From assembly GCA_035390665.1 (NCBI GenBank), contig DAOOUC010000006.1:17688-49687 (forward strand): a stretch of DNA of 32,000 nt, given 5' to 3'. Below the pieces are notes generated by a model. That model saw only the letters and a program-made list of their open reading frames with translations, did no database searches and was not told the DNA's origin. Shown piece by piece: positions 8,371 through 17,357 of this stretch (within the stretch, counting starts at the first letter, position 1; each line of letters opens with the position of its first letter). A program made the position numbers and the translations under genes. This stretch comes from an archaeon. Its GTDB lineage: Archaea; Iainarchaeota; Iainarchaeia; Iainarchaeales; CSSED10-239.

Positions 8371-8384
8371 GAGGGAATCCGACT
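8371..8384 (+). repeat. right copy of 14-nt direct repeat GAGGGAATCCGACT
   Basis: Identical to 7263-7276. Confidence 0.8.
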
Positions 8385-8739
8385 CCTATTTCTAAAAAGA
8401 AACTCTTTTAAATATTATGTTTTATACTTTTGTATAAATTATTAATTAAATAACTTAAAATGGAGATGATGTTAAAAGGTTCCAAGAAAGTGAAAGAAAA
8501 AGACTAGCACAAAAAGCAGAAGCAGCTAGTGAAATGCAACGACAACAGCAAAGAAAAATAGAACAATATAGGGGATTATTAAAAACTAAAATTAATAAAT
8601 AATATTAATTTAAATTATTAATAACTTTGTAAATAATTAAAGGAGTTGGTAAGAATGAAAGGAAAGTATCTACCAACTTCTAACAATGAACAGATTTATT
8701 TTTAATTAACTTTATATTCTTTTTGTTTCTCTTTCTTTT

Positions 8740-9399
8740 ATGGCTCCAGTATCTGTATCTTTTAGAAGACATGCTCAAAAGACAAGAAATGGGCATAGTA
8801 TTACTTCTAATGGAAAAAAAGATGTTAAAGATTTATCAAATAAATTATCAACTACTACAAAACTATATTCTTCTCCTGAAAATAGAACAATAGAAACCGC
8901 AGAATATCTAAAATTATTTACTCACTCAGAATATAATATAAGAGTAAGAAATATTTTACGAGGACATAAATATTTTGCAGGAAAAAGAATTAAAACCACT
9001 AAAAAAGATAATTTTCTAACTTTATTTAAAGACCTGGCTAAAAAGATTGGAATTAATGACAAATTGCTAATTAAGGTGTGGCTATCTGGGAAAGTTCCAA
9101 AAAAGATTGTTCCAAGACCAGAAGTTATTGCTGATGAAATAATAAGAGATAGATTTAGATTACCTAATAGAGTAAAAAACACAGAAAAATCAATAATCTT
9201 TGAAAACATAACACACGATATTGTTATAGCTGCTTTGTTTCAACGATTGTCTGGAGAGAAATATCATAGTCAATTTAAGGATTTACCAAAAGAATTAGAA
9301 TCTTTAAAAGTTGATATTTCAAGAGATGGAAAAGCAACCATGCAATTTAGAAATTATAAAAAAGGAATAACAGAAACATTAAAAGAAATATTAAAATAA
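8740..9399 (+). CDS. histidine phosphatase superfamily (phosphoglycerate mutase-like) protein
   Basis: N-terminal FRRHAQKTRNG, then TKLYSSPENRTIETAEYLK (RH(A/G) and SPxxR(T/A)xxTA signature). Confidence 0.7.
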   Translation: MAPVSVSFRRHAQKTRNGHSITSNGKKDVKDLSNKLSTTTKLYSSPENRTIETAEYLKLFTHSEYNIRVRNILRGHKYFAGKRIKTTKKDNFLTLFKDLAKKIGINDKLLIKVWLSGKVPKKIVPRPEVIADEIIRDRFRLPNRVKNTEKSIIFENITHDIVIAALFQRLSGEKYHSQFKDLPKELESLKVDISRDGKATMQFRNYKKGITETLKEILK

Positions 9400-9400
9400 A

Positions 9401-10225
9401 TCATTTTGTTCTATAGATTCTATTTATTATTTCTATCTTCTTATCATAATCTATTGCTGTTTTATAATTATACCAGAAGATATTCATAAAGAAATTAATC
9501 CAAGTATCATCGTATATATCATAAATCAAAGTAATGTCTTTCTCTAATTCATGAAGCTTAAAATTTTTCTCTTCTTTGCTTTCTTTAAAGATAGAATGCC
9601 CACAATCAAATATAATACCTCTTAATGGTTGTAATTGATGCCTTAATTCTATTGATTTAGGATATTTTTGTAATAAAGGCAAAAGAAGATTAATATTTTT
9701 TAAAGTATCTATATCTATTCTTGCAATAATTTTAACTTTTAACCCGTTTTTTATTCTGGTCTCTAATTTATCTATAAGATTCTCATTCTTATATTTAATT
9801 TTAAGAAAAGACAGATTTCCAGATAGAAAATATACAAAATTAGATTTGTCTAGATATTCAAAAATTAATTTTGGATCAAAATCTTCTCCCTTATATAAAT
9901 GTCCATTTGATCTCTCTTTAGAAACATATTGAAAAATTTCCATAAAACTGAAATCTTTCTTATAATTTGTACTTTTTATTTTTGTAAATAAAATATTTTC
10001 TATTTCAGTAGAAGAAACTTTATTAGTTGAATAAACCAGTTTTATAATGTTATATCCTGCTTTTATGTTCTTGATATCAATTAATCCAGTATTCTTTCTA
10101 AACTCGTCTACATATTTCTCTGCAGTTACCCAACTAATTCCTAGTTCTTTAGAAATTTCCTGTATAGTTCTTGGTTCAACTTCTACAAGTTTAATTATTT
10201 CATTTGCTTTTTCTTGTGATATCAT
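9401..10225 (-). CDS. HTH-domain transcriptional regulator-like protein
   Basis: N-terminal EIIKLVEVEPRTIQEISKELGISWVTAEKYVDEF looks like a winged-HTH. The C-terminus is unassigned. Confidence 0.6.
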   Translation of the reverse strand: MISQEKANEIIKLVEVEPRTIQEISKELGISWVTAEKYVDEFRKNTGLIDIKNIKAGYNIIKLVYSTNKVSSTEIENILFTKIKSTNYKKDFSFMEIFQYVSKERSNGHLYKGEDFDPKLIFEYLDKSNFVYFLSGNLSFLKIKYKNENLIDKLETRIKNGLKVKIIARIDIDTLKNINLLLPLLQKYPKSIELRHQLQPLRGIIFDCGHSIFKESKEEKNFKLHELEKDITLIYDIYDDTWINFFMNIFWYNYKTAIDYDKKIEIINRIYRTK

Positions 10226-10311
10226 AGAAATATTTAGCCCCGAAATATTTAAATATATATTTTAATAAAATAAAACCAATTAAAATAAACAATAAAACAC
10301 ATAACAAATCT

Positions 10312-11352
10312 ATGTTAGAAGACAACTACTTTACAAAAGAATATATTTTCAATAAAATCCCAATTAGATTTATGTTAACTGAAAAATGTAATTTAAGATG
10401 TCACATGTGTAGTGCTGATGGATTAGGCATAGGAAAAGTAAATTGCAATCAATCAAAAGAAATGAATTTAGAGAAAGCAAAAATATTAGTGGATCTTTTA
10501 TCTGAAATAAATTATTCTGGAGAAATTACCTTCTCTGGCGGAGAACCAATGGTTTATTCTTATTTTTATGAATTGATTGAATATATTTTAAAAAACAACA
10601 AAAATACAATAAAAGTAATAACAAATGGCACAATCCCATTCAAAGAAAATTTCTTCACAGATAGAAAAAAAGCACAAATATCTATTCATTCTTTAGATTA
10701 TAAATCTTGGAATAAGATTACTCAAGGAAATATAATCCAATTCAATAACCTTGTTAAAAATTTAGAAAAAATGAACAAAGAACAAGTACATAACATTAAT
10801 GTAGTAATTCATAAAGGAATAAATGATAGTAATGAAGAACTATTTTCTTTATTTGAATTTTCAAAAAATAATAATTTTCATTTAAGATTGTTTAAGTTAT
10901 TTCCATATACCGAAAATATGTATAATAAATATAAAGAAATTAATAAAGAATATTTGAATGATTTAAAATTAAAAAAATCCCCCAATAAAGTGAGATGGCA
11001 TAATCAAGATGAATATTCTCAATTGGAAAGATATTATTTTAATGATAATCTAAATCAAGAAATAGATGTTGCATCTTGTCCTTGCTTTAGTGGAGAATGT
11101 AGTAGTTGCTATAAATGGCATTTTCTTCAAATTACTTCTGATTTAAAAATAAAAACTTGTCTGGAAAGAGATAATTACATCGATTTAAATGAAGCAATAA
11201 TAAAAAAAGATTCAAAATTACTTTGGGAAAAAATAATAGAATCTAGAATTGCAATCTTTAACCATGGAAAAGAAAGCCCACCTTTAAGGAATCATCCGTT
11301 TTTTAATTGTGGATTGAATACAATAAAAATTATAAATAATTTAAGACACTAA
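10312..11352 (+). CDS. radical SAM domain protein with extra C-terminal cysteine cluster
   Basis: RFMLTEKCNLRCHMCS (CxxxCxxC) and GEITFSGGEPMVY. C-terminal CPCFSGECSSCYKWHFLQITSDLKIKTCLE. Confidence 0.88.
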   Translation: MLEDNYFTKEYIFNKIPIRFMLTEKCNLRCHMCSADGLGIGKVNCNQSKEMNLEKAKILVDLLSEINYSGEITFSGGEPMVYSYFYELIEYILKNNKNTIKVITNGTIPFKENFFTDRKKAQISIHSLDYKSWNKITQGNIIQFNNLVKNLEKMNKEQVHNINVVIHKGINDSNEELFSLFEFSKNNNFHLRLFKLFPYTENMYNKYKEINKEYLNDLKLKKSPNKVRWHNQDEYSQLERYYFNDNLNQEIDVASCPCFSGECSSCYKWHFLQITSDLKIKTCLERDNYIDLNEAIIKKDSKLLWEKIIESRIAIFNHGKESPPLRNHPFFNCGLNTIKIINNLRH

Positions 11353-11430
11353 CTAATTTCTGTTTATAAACTAATTGTTTCTTAAATATATATTACTATA
11401 TTATTAATATAATTTAAAAAGGAAAAAAAT

Positions 11431-12795
11431 ATGACTAGTTCTAATGAGAGCTTTGATGGCTTGGTCAAAGATAAACAAATATTACAAGCAATAACAAATA
11501 TCGGTATTACTAAACCAACAGAAATACAAGAAAAAGTAATTCCATTAATTTTAGAGGGGAAAAACGTAATTGCTCAATCTGCTACAGGAACAGGAAAAAC
11601 AATTGCTTTTTTAGCAGGAATTTTACCTTCTGTTAATAAAATAAAAAAAGTGCAATGTTTAATTATTGTTCCAACAAGAGAACTTGCAAATCAAGTTTAT
11701 GAAGAAACAAAAAAGATTGGAAAAGTAAAAGATTTACAAGCATGTGCTGTTTTTGGTGGTGCATCAATTAATAATCAAGCAAAACAATTAAGATATGCAG
11801 ATATTGTTATTGGAACGCCAGGAAGACTAATTGATCAAATAGATAGAGGAAACCTAAGATTAGACAATATCAAATATCTAGTATTAGATGAAGCAGACAG
11901 AATGTGCGATATGGGATTTTATGAAGACATTTCAAAGATAATCACGCAAGTTCCAAAAGAAAGACAAACTCTTCTTTTTTCAGCAACAATAACAGATGAT
12001 GTATCTAAACTTGAAAGAGATTATATACCTAAACCACAAAAAATAAAAGTACAAACAAATGTAGATCCTAAAAATCTTTTACAAGAATATTATATTGTTA
12101 AATCAAATCAAAAATTTTCATTACTTTTACATTTAGTTAAACAACACAATAAAAAATCAATTATTTTTTGTAATACAAGAAGCGAAGTTGATGTTTTATA
12201 TAATAATTTTAGAGAACACAGGGTTGAATGCTTTAGATTACATGGTGGATTAGAGCAAAACAAAAGAAGTGCTACAATTGAAAAGTATCAAGATCATAAA
12301 GATGCAGTATTAATCTCAAGTGATGTTTCTGCAAGAGGAATACATGTTGATAATTTAGAATATATCTATAATTATGATTTACCTAAAGACAATACACAAT
12401 ATATTCACAGAATTGGTAGAACAGCAAGAGCTGGAAAAAAAGGAAAAGCAATTGCAATAATTACAAATAAAGAAGAAGAAGATTTCTTAAGAATGTGTAA
12501 GAAATTTGGATTTTCCGTTGAACATAAGCAATTACCGGCATTAGTACCAATTGCTCTAAAAAGAACAACAGAAGAACAAAAAAGACTAGAAGAAAGAAAT
12601 CAAGATGGAAGAAATAGATATAGAGAAAGAAGAGAACACTTTAGTAAAGGACCAAGAGATAGGCAAAAAGAAAATTTTAAGAAAAAATTCGTAGGAGAAT
12701 TAACAGAAGAAGAAATCAAGAAACAAAAAACAGATTTTTTCAGACATAAAAGAAAAATTAGACAAAACAAATACTCTAAAGGAGGAAGAAGATAA
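11431..12795 (+). CDS. DEAD-box ATP-dependent RNA helicase
   Basis: QSATGTGKT, PTRELA, GTPGR, VLDEADRM, SATI, SSDVSARGIHV, HRIGRTARAGKKG, and an Arg/Lys-rich tail. Confidence 0.97.
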   Translation: MTSSNESFDGLVKDKQILQAITNIGITKPTEIQEKVIPLILEGKNVIAQSATGTGKTIAFLAGILPSVNKIKKVQCLIIVPTRELANQVYEETKKIGKVKDLQACAVFGGASINNQAKQLRYADIVIGTPGRLIDQIDRGNLRLDNIKYLVLDEADRMCDMGFYEDISKIITQVPKERQTLLFSATITDDVSKLERDYIPKPQKIKVQTNVDPKNLLQEYYIVKSNQKFSLLLHLVKQHNKKSIIFCNTRSEVDVLYNNFREHRVECFRLHGGLEQNKRSATIEKYQDHKDAVLISSDVSARGIHVDNLEYIYNYDLPKDNTQYIHRIGRTARAGKKGKAIAIITNKEEEDFLRMCKKFGFSVEHKQLPALVPIALKRTTEEQKRLEERNQDGRNRYRERREHFSKGPRDRQKENFKKKFVGELTEEEIKKQKTDFFRHKRKIRQNKYSKGGRR

Positions 12796-13355
12796 TGATT
12801 AAAAAAACAGAACAAAAGAAATTAGAAAATATAGTCTATAATGTTATAATGTTTGCATTAATCTTTGCTTTAGTAATTAGTTTTGTATTTACTATTGATA
12901 AATTAATCTTAGAGAAACCAAAAGACACATGTTATTTACAAGACTATACTTACTATAAGGCAGAGCCAGTAGTAAATCTTGACCAAAACTGTAACTATGA
13001 TGAATATTATATCTCCTCTTGTGTACAATCAGAAGGAAATATAATATATAGAAAAAACTGCCAAATGGAATGTAGTTATTGCTATAGAGATTTTAATAAA
13101 GTTATGGAAACCTACAACAACAGAATAAATCTTGGCAGAATGATTCTAACTTTCTTGTTAGCTTTAGCTTTTGCATTTATAACCATTAAAGACAAAATCA
13201 TAAGATATTCAATACTATCAGCATCATTAGTTTCATTATTTATTGCAACAATGTCTGCAATGAATTTATTAGATAAAATGTTGCCATTAGTAATAATTGT
13301 TGAATTCTTATTGGTAATTTTTATCTACAGGAAAACAAATAAAGATAAGAAGTAA
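12795..13355 (+). CDS. membrane protein with Cys-rich extracytoplasmic segment, unknown function
   Basis: Starts overlapping the previous stop. Hydrophobic segments flank a Cys-rich region (CTYLQD...CNYDEYYISSCVQSEG...CQMECSYCYRD). Confidence 0.7.
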   Translation: MIKKTEQKKLENIVYNVIMFALIFALVISFVFTIDKLILEKPKDTCYLQDYTYYKAEPVVNLDQNCNYDEYYISSCVQSEGNIIYRKNCQMECSYCYRDFNKVMETYNNRINLGRMILTFLLALAFAFITIKDKIIRYSILSASLVSLFIATMSAMNLLDKMLPLVIIVEFLLVIFIYRKTNKDKK

Positions 13356-13363
13356 AGAGCTTT

Positions 13364-14014
13364 TTATTTTGCTCTACTTCTTATTACTTTTTTTTTATAA
13401 TTTGGATTTTCATTAATTAATATAAATTGTTTTTTAGCAGGTCCGGGATTATTTTTACTTTCAGGAATTGTAATTAAATCATATTTAAAACTAGAATGTT
13501 CAAAACTTCTAAAAATCTCTTTTGTTTTTATTCTGTTTTCAATTGGAACAATTAGTGGTCTTTTTCCAACAACTTTTGAATTTACGGATTGGGTTTCAGG
13601 AAAAGCACTCATATAAATAAATTTAGATTTGTGTTTTACTCTCTGATCAGCAATTACCCTTTCCATAAGTAAAGTTCCTAATCCTTGTCCTTGATATTTA
13701 GGATTGATAAAGGTTTCTGTTAAATGAAAAAAATTAGCTGTTGGATTTTCTTTAATATAAAGTTCTGATGCTTTTCTTAAATGACCCATAGTGCATCCCA
13801 GTAGTTCTTTGCCATTATACATTAAATAAAAAATCGTTTTTGATTTTTCTTTTTTTCTTTCATTTAAATAATTTTTTAAATCATCAGGTTTTCTTTGAAA
13901 TAAATTATCAATATTGCTAATATCTTTTATAATTTCTGGAGTTAATTTATCAAATTCTTCCCAGGTTATTTTCTTGTAATTTATATCTTTGAATCTAGAA
14001 TGTATTGGTTGCAT
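13364..14014 (-). CDS. GNAT family N-acetyltransferase
   Basis: FHLTETFINPKYQGQGLGTLLMERVIAD contains the acetyl-CoA binding motif A. Confidence 0.8.
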   Translation of the reverse strand: MQPIHSRFKDINYKKITWEEFDKLTPEIIKDISNIDNLFQRKPDDLKNYLNERKKEKSKTIFYLMYNGKELLGCTMGHLRKASELYIKENPTANFFHLTETFINPKYQGQGLGTLLMERVIADQRVKHKSKFIYMSAFPETQSVNSKVVGKRPLIVPIENRIKTKEIFRSFEHSSFKYDLITIPESKNNPGPAKKQFILINENPNYKKKVIRSRAK

Positions 14015-14077
14015 ACCTAAGAATATTAAAGAAAGTTTTTTAAATAAATTGAAAATATATATATTAGGTGTAAATTT

Positions 14078-14389
14078 ATGTTAGATAAGATTACTAGATT
14101 AGAAATAGATAATAAAAGACTTAAAAAGAAAATAACAAGTGCTAAAAAGAAATTACAAAAAGAACAAGAAGCACTTAAAAAAGAAACCCTAACAAGACTT
14201 ACTGCACTTATTACTGCTGCTTTTGGTCTAGTCGCAGCTCTTGCATGGAATGATACAATTAAAGCACTTTTTGTTATGCTTTTTGGAAAAGCCGAAACTT
14301 TCTGGGCGATGTTAGTATATGCAATTATTGTTACAATAATTGTAGTATATGTTACTTACAAATTATCAAAAATGAGTAAAAAGAAATGA
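14078..14389 (+). CDS. small coiled-coil plus two-helix membrane protein (DUF5654-like)
   Basis: Coiled N-terminus then LTALITAAFGLVAALAWNDTIKALF and a second TM segment. Confidence 0.65.
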   Translation: MLDKITRLEIDNKRLKKKITSAKKKLQKEQEALKKETLTRLTALITAAFGLVAALAWNDTIKALFVMLFGKAETFWAMLVYAIIVTIIVVYVTYKLSKMSKKK

Positions 14390-14461
14390 TTTAAAAAGAT
14401 ATAAAAAGATATTTAAATACTATTATATCTATATTTATAATAAAAAATAGAGGAATAAACT

Positions 14462-15301
14462 ATGTTTGAAAGTTTTACACGCAGTTGGGAATTAACAAAA
14501 GCAACATTTAAAGTAATTAATAAAGATAAAAGACTATTATTGTTTCCAATATTTTCAGGAATATTTTCAATACTGTTTATATTTTCATTAATATTTCCGG
14601 CTTTATTTTTAGGAAATAATTTTTCTTGGTTTATTGTTTTTATATTATATTTTGGATTAGCTTTTATTGCTACATTCTTTAATGTTTGTGTAGTTTATCT
14701 TGTTAAAAACACAATAGAACAGAAAAAAACAACAGTTGGTCAAGCAATTAGTTTTGCTTTTTCAAGAATAGGGCCAATATTTGGGTGGAGTTTAATTTCT
14801 GCTACCGTTGGTTTAATATTAAGATTATTAGATGAAATTGCTGAAAGAATTGGAGGAATAGGAGAAATTATAATAAAAATTACAACATCTTTAATAGGTG
14901 GAATTTGGGCATTTTTAACAATATTTGTAATACCTGTAATGGTGTATAAGAATGTTGGACCATTTAAAGCAATATCAGAATCTTCTCAAAGAATAAAGAA
15001 AACATGGGGAGAGAACCTAATTAGAAATATAGGATTTGGAATTGCTGAATTTATCTTTGTTGTAATTGGTCTAGCAGCATTGATTCTTGGATATTTTTTA
15101 TTTGCACCATTGGGTACTTTAGTATTAACAATTTTCTTTTGTATAATAGGAATATATTTTGTATTTTTAATAATGTACTTTAATATTGCTAATGCTGTGT
15201 TTAATACAACACTTTATGTTTATTCTGAAACAGGCAAAATGCCTTTAGATTTTTCAGAAAATACTGCAAAAAATTTATTTAGTAAAGCAAAAAAGGAGTG
15301 A
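14462..15301 (+). CDS. multi-pass membrane protein (DUF6159-like)
   Basis: MFESFTRSWELTKATFKVINKDKRLLLFPIFSGIFSILF and multiple TM helices. Confidence 0.65.
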   Translation: MFESFTRSWELTKATFKVINKDKRLLLFPIFSGIFSILFIFSLIFPALFLGNNFSWFIVFILYFGLAFIATFFNVCVVYLVKNTIEQKKTTVGQAISFAFSRIGPIFGWSLISATVGLILRLLDEIAERIGGIGEIIIKITTSLIGGIWAFLTIFVIPVMVYKNVGPFKAISESSQRIKKTWGENLIRNIGFGIAEFIFVVIGLAALILGYFLFAPLGTLVLTIFFCIIGIYFVFLIMYFNIANAVFNTTLYVYSETGKMPLDFSENTAKNLFSKAKKE

Positions 15302-15308
15302 ACAAAAT

Positions 15309-15548
15309 ATGATAAATTTTTCAATTTTAGGACTATGTATTGTTTTAATTGCATGGATTATTCAATTCTTTGCAATGAATAAAAGAAGAGAAATCTCTAA
15401 ACCATTTGTATTGGCATACATTATTGGTGTTTTATTCTTAGTTGTAGATGCATATAATTCTAAAAAATTAGATTTAGCTATAATTAATGCACTTGCAATG
15501 CTTGTTGCAGTTGGAGTATTATTTAAATATTCTAAACCAAAGATGTGA
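15309..15548 (+). CDS. small membrane protein
   Basis: 79 aa with two or three TM segments; co-directional with neighbours. Confidence 0.6.
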   Translation: MINFSILGLCIVLIAWIIQFFAMNKRREISKPFVLAYIIGVLFLVVDAYNSKKLDLAIINALAMLVAVGVLFKYSKPKM

Positions 15549-15557
15549 AATAATTTT

Positions 15558-16292
15558 ATGCCCGAAAATACAGATAAATCAAAAATAATAGACATTAATA
15601 CGCATTTAGTGCCTATAGAAACAATACGCCCTGGAATTCTAAAACTAATTAAACAAAAGAATCCACAAGTATTAGAGTCAGGATATATTTCTCTTAGAGA
15701 ATTAAAAGAATATAGAAAAGAACATTTCGAAGAAATTTTAAAAGCAGAAAAAGGAAAATTAAATAAATTAGATAAAGAAGTTTTAGATAGTCTTGTAGAC
15801 CAAGAATCAATAGTAAAAAATACAAATGAATTTGACACAAATATTACTTTTGGGCAAAAATTAGCAGACAAAGTTGCAGAATTTGGCGGTTCTTGGACCT
15901 TTATTATTTTTTTTGGATGTTTTCTTTTAATTTGGATAATAATAAATACTTTTTTCTTATTAACATCTAAACCATTCGATCCGTATCCTTTTATTTTATT
16001 AAATCTATTTTTATCTTGTCTTGCAGCAATTCAAGCCCCAATAATTATGATGAGTCAAAATAGAAAAGAACAAAAAGATAGGCAAAGAGCAGAAAATGAT
16101 TATATGGTTAATCTTAAATCTGAACTTGAGATTAGACAACTTCATGAAAAAATGGACAATCTTGTACAACATCAATGGGAAAGATTAATAGAAATTCAAA
16201 AATTACAACTAAACATAATGGATGAAACAGAAAAAGAAAGATTAAAAAGTGAAATTAAAAGAATACAGAAAAGCTTAAATAATACAAAGTAA
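15558..16292 (+). CDS. DUF1003 family membrane protein
   Basis: TFIIFFGCFLLIWIIINTFFLLTSKPFDPYPFILLNLFLSCLAAIQAPIIMMSQNRKEQKDRQRAENDY is characteristic of DUF1003. Confidence 0.88.
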   Translation: MPENTDKSKIIDINTHLVPIETIRPGILKLIKQKNPQVLESGYISLRELKEYRKEHFEEILKAEKGKLNKLDKEVLDSLVDQESIVKNTNEFDTNITFGQKLADKVAEFGGSWTFIIFFGCFLLIWIIINTFFLLTSKPFDPYPFILLNLFLSCLAAIQAPIIMMSQNRKEQKDRQRAENDYMVNLKSELEIRQLHEKMDNLVQHQWERLIEIQKLQLNIMDETEKERLKSEIKRIQKSLNNTK

Positions 16293-16315
16293 TAATATAA
16301 TTAAGGAGATTAAAC

Positions 16316-16615
16316 ATGGTTGTGAAAAAAAAGAAAATAATTAAAAAAAAAGAAATTGTAAAAAAAGCACCAATTGAAAAAAAAATAAAAATATTTAATA
16401 AAGAAATTACAAAAACAGAATATTTTGAATATTATACTTTGGTAATATTTTTCTTATTTGCAATATTATTTGTTTTTATCTTAGTAATATTTTTCTTAGC
16501 AATATTTGGCCCTAAATATCTGTGGGTGGTTATACCAATAACATTAGGATTTTGGGGAATAAGTTATTATCTTTCAAAAATAATTTTTAAAAAATCTCAA
16601 ACAAAAAAGAAGTAA
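16316..16615 (+). CDS. small basic two-TM membrane protein
   Basis: Lys-rich N-terminus followed by two hydrophobic helices. Confidence 0.6.
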   Translation: MVVKKKKIIKKKEIVKKAPIEKKIKIFNKEITKTEYFEYYTLVIFFLFAILFVFILVIFFLAIFGPKYLWVVIPITLGFWGISYYLSKIIFKKSQTKKK

Positions 16616-16616
16616 T

Positions 16617-17300
16617 ATGGTCAGAATAAATAGAGCAAAAATCAAACAAGGATTAAAAACAACAGCTAAAACAGCCGGGATTTTAGCTATATCTGGGGCT
16701 GTCGGTATTGGTAGCTATAATGTTGCAGATAGAATCTCTAGACAAAAAGTATTTAATGAAATTAAATCCGAAAAAGTGCAAATCAAACCTAGAGACAGAC
16801 TAGATGCTGTAGATTCTATAGCCGAATATAACCGAAAAGCAAAAATATCAGAAATTTACTTTTATAAAGGAGAAAAAGTATCAAAAATAAATATTGATGT
16901 AGCAAAATTAGGCCAAATTACAAGATTATTGCCTGATAGTGTAAGAACAAATATTAATACAATTATTAATAACAAAATAAAGACTGTTAATCTAGAAATG
17001 AAAAGAAATCCAAAATTAAGAAAAATCATAGAAGATAGAATCGGAGTGGAAAATTATAGAAGATATCTTTTATCTTTACCTATGGAAAAACTTGAAAAAG
17101 TATTTACTCCACAAGAATTAAAACAAATAAGGACAGAATTAAATAAAATACCTAAAGAAAAATTAAAAGAACTACATGAAAAATTAAGTAAAACATATGA
17201 AGGAACCATTAGTTTAGGTGTGTTTATATCTTTATTATTAGGTGCAGGATTATTTGAAGCATCTAAAAGTAAAAAAAAAGATGAATTTAATTTTCATTAA
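16617..17300 (+). CDS. hypothetical protein with N- and C-terminal hydrophobic segments
   Basis: TAGILAISGAVGIGSYNVADR near the N-terminus and TISLGVFISLLLGAGLFEA near the C-terminus. Confidence 0.6.
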   Translation: MVRINRAKIKQGLKTTAKTAGILAISGAVGIGSYNVADRISRQKVFNEIKSEKVQIKPRDRLDAVDSIAEYNRKAKISEIYFYKGEKVSKINIDVAKLGQITRLLPDSVRTNINTIINNKIKTVNLEMKRNPKLRKIIEDRIGVENYRRYLLSLPMEKLEKVFTPQELKQIRTELNKIPKEKLKELHEKLSKTYEGTISLGVFISLLLGAGLFEASKSKKKDEFNFH

Positions 17301-17357
17301 TTTTATTCCATTTCTAAAAATTATTTAAAACCATACAAAAAAGAGGATAGAAAAAAC

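Noticed and set aside
8443-8620. Possible degraded small ORF (MEMMLKGSKKVKEKD*, then ERKRLAQKAEAASEMQRQQQRKIEQ in another frame)
   Set aside because: It would need a frameshift and has no detectable homology clue; it may be a gene remnant, but the evidence is too weak to call.
8922-10265. ORFs 8922-9209 minus and 10047-10265 plus
   Set aside because: Mostly antisense to the histidine phosphatase and HTH genes; compositional by-products.
12600-12815. 71-aa minus-strand ORF
   Set aside because: Antisense to the basic tail of the DEAD-box helicase.
15362-15871. 169-aa minus-strand ORF
   Set aside because: Antisense to the 79-aa membrane protein and DUF1003 genes, both better supported.
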